Source of the DNA: Syncephalis fuscata S228
Lineage: Eukaryota; Fungi; Zoopagomycota
Length of the DNA stretch: 64,000 bases
Direction: 5' to 3'
NCBI GenBank assembly: GCA_025786725.1
Contig: JAHLTZ010000004.1
Coordinates: 310,001-374,000 of the forward strand
Shown here: piece by piece, positions 63,192 to 64,000 of the stretch
How positions within the stretch are numbered: position 1 is the first letter of the stretch
Layout: each line of letters starts with the position of its first letter
Translations under genes and position numbers: made by a program
The notes under the pieces: model-generated
Told to the model about the DNA's origin: nothing
The model's input: the letters and a program-made list of their open reading frames with translations, nothing else
The model's database searches: none

Positions 63192-64000
63192 ATGCGTACT
63201 TACAAGGAAAAGTACTACCGTTTAAGAAATCGGTTCTACGCGTTATCTAGTGTAAGTGCCAGATCGCGTTCATGATGGTCATTAACTCAACTCGCTGTCT
63301 CTATATGCATTAGAGACGAGAAAAGATACAAAATGAAGTCAATAGCGTGCATACACAGCTTCGCGAGTTTGAGAAAGAAAAAAGTAACTATTAGCAATAG
63401 CGTGGTTACTATATACTTATTAACACTATCGATGTTCATAATAGCCATATACTGGACTTGATGATGGATATTAAAATGTATCCCATTTCTACTGACAGGT
63501 AACTGAATTGAATTAGCAACAGTATTGTACACTATTGACTGGTTTATATTGTAGTTCATCCGATGAAATGGATCAACCTATAAAGACTGAATCTGTAAAG
63601 ACTGAATCCATAAAAACCGAGCCTAAAGAGAACAATGAGGAACATATTGATGCTATAGAGGCGTTGAAGCTGTCAGAGTCTGATACAAACGAGCCTACTG
63701 TATCGCCTAATCGATTTGAATGTAAATAGATGATTTATATATTAATGCAATGCATAATAGATGATTAATACTGTCTATAGATATTCGTAAAGAATTCTGT
63801 CCGGATAAAGATGCTTCATTTTTGCGAGTTCATGTAAAGCGAAAGCGACTATCTCATTTTATTAAACAGGTTATTATCTAATATCTAGTTGACTCTGTCT
63901 ATAACTACTAACTGTATATTTGTTATTACTATTGCTATATTATCGTTATTATAGATAGTTGAAACAACAAAAACAAATCAATCTGCCATTAAAGAAAGTG
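63192..64000 (+). CDS. INO80 complex subunit Iec3/INO80E-like protein; runs off the window end
   Basis: MRTYKEKYYRLRNRFYAL|RREKIQNEV..LREFEKEK(N)|HILDLMMDI resembles the YK.KY..MR..F ... EN..LLDLL.DI signature. Confidence 0.5.

Overview
Gene-dense, AT-rich eukaryotic DNA with very short (about 45-65 nt) introns. It looks like an early-diverging fungus; a Zoopagomycota mycoparasite such as Syncephalis is an inference from intron size, the intronless M36 protease and the gene content. About 22 protein genes can be reconstructed by hand splicing. Recognisable conserved genes: a Cdc15/SepH-like kinase with a C1 domain and CaaX tail, NAS6, SUMO, eIF3a, a Nam8/Ngr1-like RRM protein, RCE1, GOS1, Tat-SF1/CUS2, EXO70, METTL4, AGC1, TMF1/SGM1, SmF, DPH2, TVP23, otubain, mL40 and an Iec3-like gene. 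Less certain or accessory genes: fungalysin, a DUF3712-like protein, two tandem orphan 7TM genes, a GPI-anchored DPBB protein, an ANAPC16-like orphan and a FANCC-like gene. The main hidden finding is five decayed 3' fragments of Fanzor (eukaryotic TnpB-derived RNA-guided nuclease) genes from two lineages. Three cluster at 50.2-51.4 kb and two flank the fungalysin gene. The lineages share colinear non-coding blocks downstream of the stop codon, a candidate omegaRNA scaffold, and show CpG-type decay. None encodes a complete protein. Also notable: a candidate fungal FANCC orthologue; long-TIR elements carrying hydrophobic ORFs; a hexamer array inside nested perfect inverted repeats that carry splice signals; three GC-AG introns; and pervasive single-base deletions (even in eIF3a) that point to assembly error rather than pseudogenes. 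Homology calls are from motif recognition only; no searches were run.
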